From a virus, in the IMG/VR virus record IMGVR_UViG_3300027710_001279, positions 9,043 through 73,042 of that record: a DNA stretch of 64,000 nucleotides; one strand, written 5' to 3'. Numbering within the stretch: position 1 is the first letter of the stretch; the number at the start of each line of letters is the position of its first letter. This document shows, piece after piece, positions 63,957-64,000 of this stretch. The notes under the pieces were generated by a model, which saw only the letters and a list, made by a program, of their open reading frames with translations, ran no database searches and was not told the DNA's origin. The position numbers and the translations under genes are program-made.

Positions 63957-64000
63957 ATGGCTACAGTAGCAGGCGTTAAGATTAAACCCAAAGTTAAAAA
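63957..64000 (+). CDS. Start of a gene cut by the window edge
   Basis: AAGGAG SD then ATG GCT ACA GTA... Confidence 0.6.
   Translation, partial: MATVAGVKIKPKVK

Noticed and set aside
1-64000. Bacterial chromosome interpretation (dnaK, rfb genes, folE, galE, rpoZ)
   Set aside because: Host-like genes lack their normal operon partners (no dnaJ after dnaK, no gmk/spoT by rpoZ) and are mixed with short hypotheticals, TAAATA motifs and a phage-style tRNA array.
1-64000. CRISPR array, rRNA, tmRNA, transposase or integrase
   Set aside because: No regularly spaced direct repeats or recognisable signatures were seen by eye.

Overview
The window looks like 64 kb of a large lytic tailed-phage (jumbo/T4-like) genome rather than a bacterial chromosome. 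Genes are dense and short, near-consensus sigma70 promoters are mixed with TAAATA late-type motifs, and several proteins carry N-termini resembling the T4 capsid-targeting sequence. No capsid or terminase gene lies in the window, so the phage assignment is inferred. DnaK and DesA look betaproteobacterial. In order: (1) dnaK-hsp20-clpS, then heme oxygenase plus bilin reductase; (2) a CsgF/CsgG/curlin-repeat/FecR/CHASE2-cyclase module; (3) an ~11 kb nucleotide-sugar and glycosyltransferase cluster; (4) a tRNA array with 28 canonical tRNAs covering all 20 amino acids, one aberrant 114-nt tRNA-like RNA, several unexplained structured RNAs, an rrn-like boxB-boxA and a phage rpoZ; (5) phosphatase, phosphoesterase and kinase genes; (6) an AT-rich island of about 10 HxD...H oxygenases, 3 desaturases, a radical SAM enzyme and GNAT-like genes; (7) ugd, galE, folE, a PBP7-like peptidase, a MazG-like gene, BI-1 and hypotheticals. 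The best novelty candidate is a ribosome-coupled transcription attenuator at the head of the tRNA array. Its 48-codon leader peptide contains all 20 amino acids and ends inside an antiterminator hairpin that is mutually exclusive with an intrinsic terminator, so it may act as a general translation-stress sensor for phage tRNA synthesis. All calls were made by eye; no searches were run.
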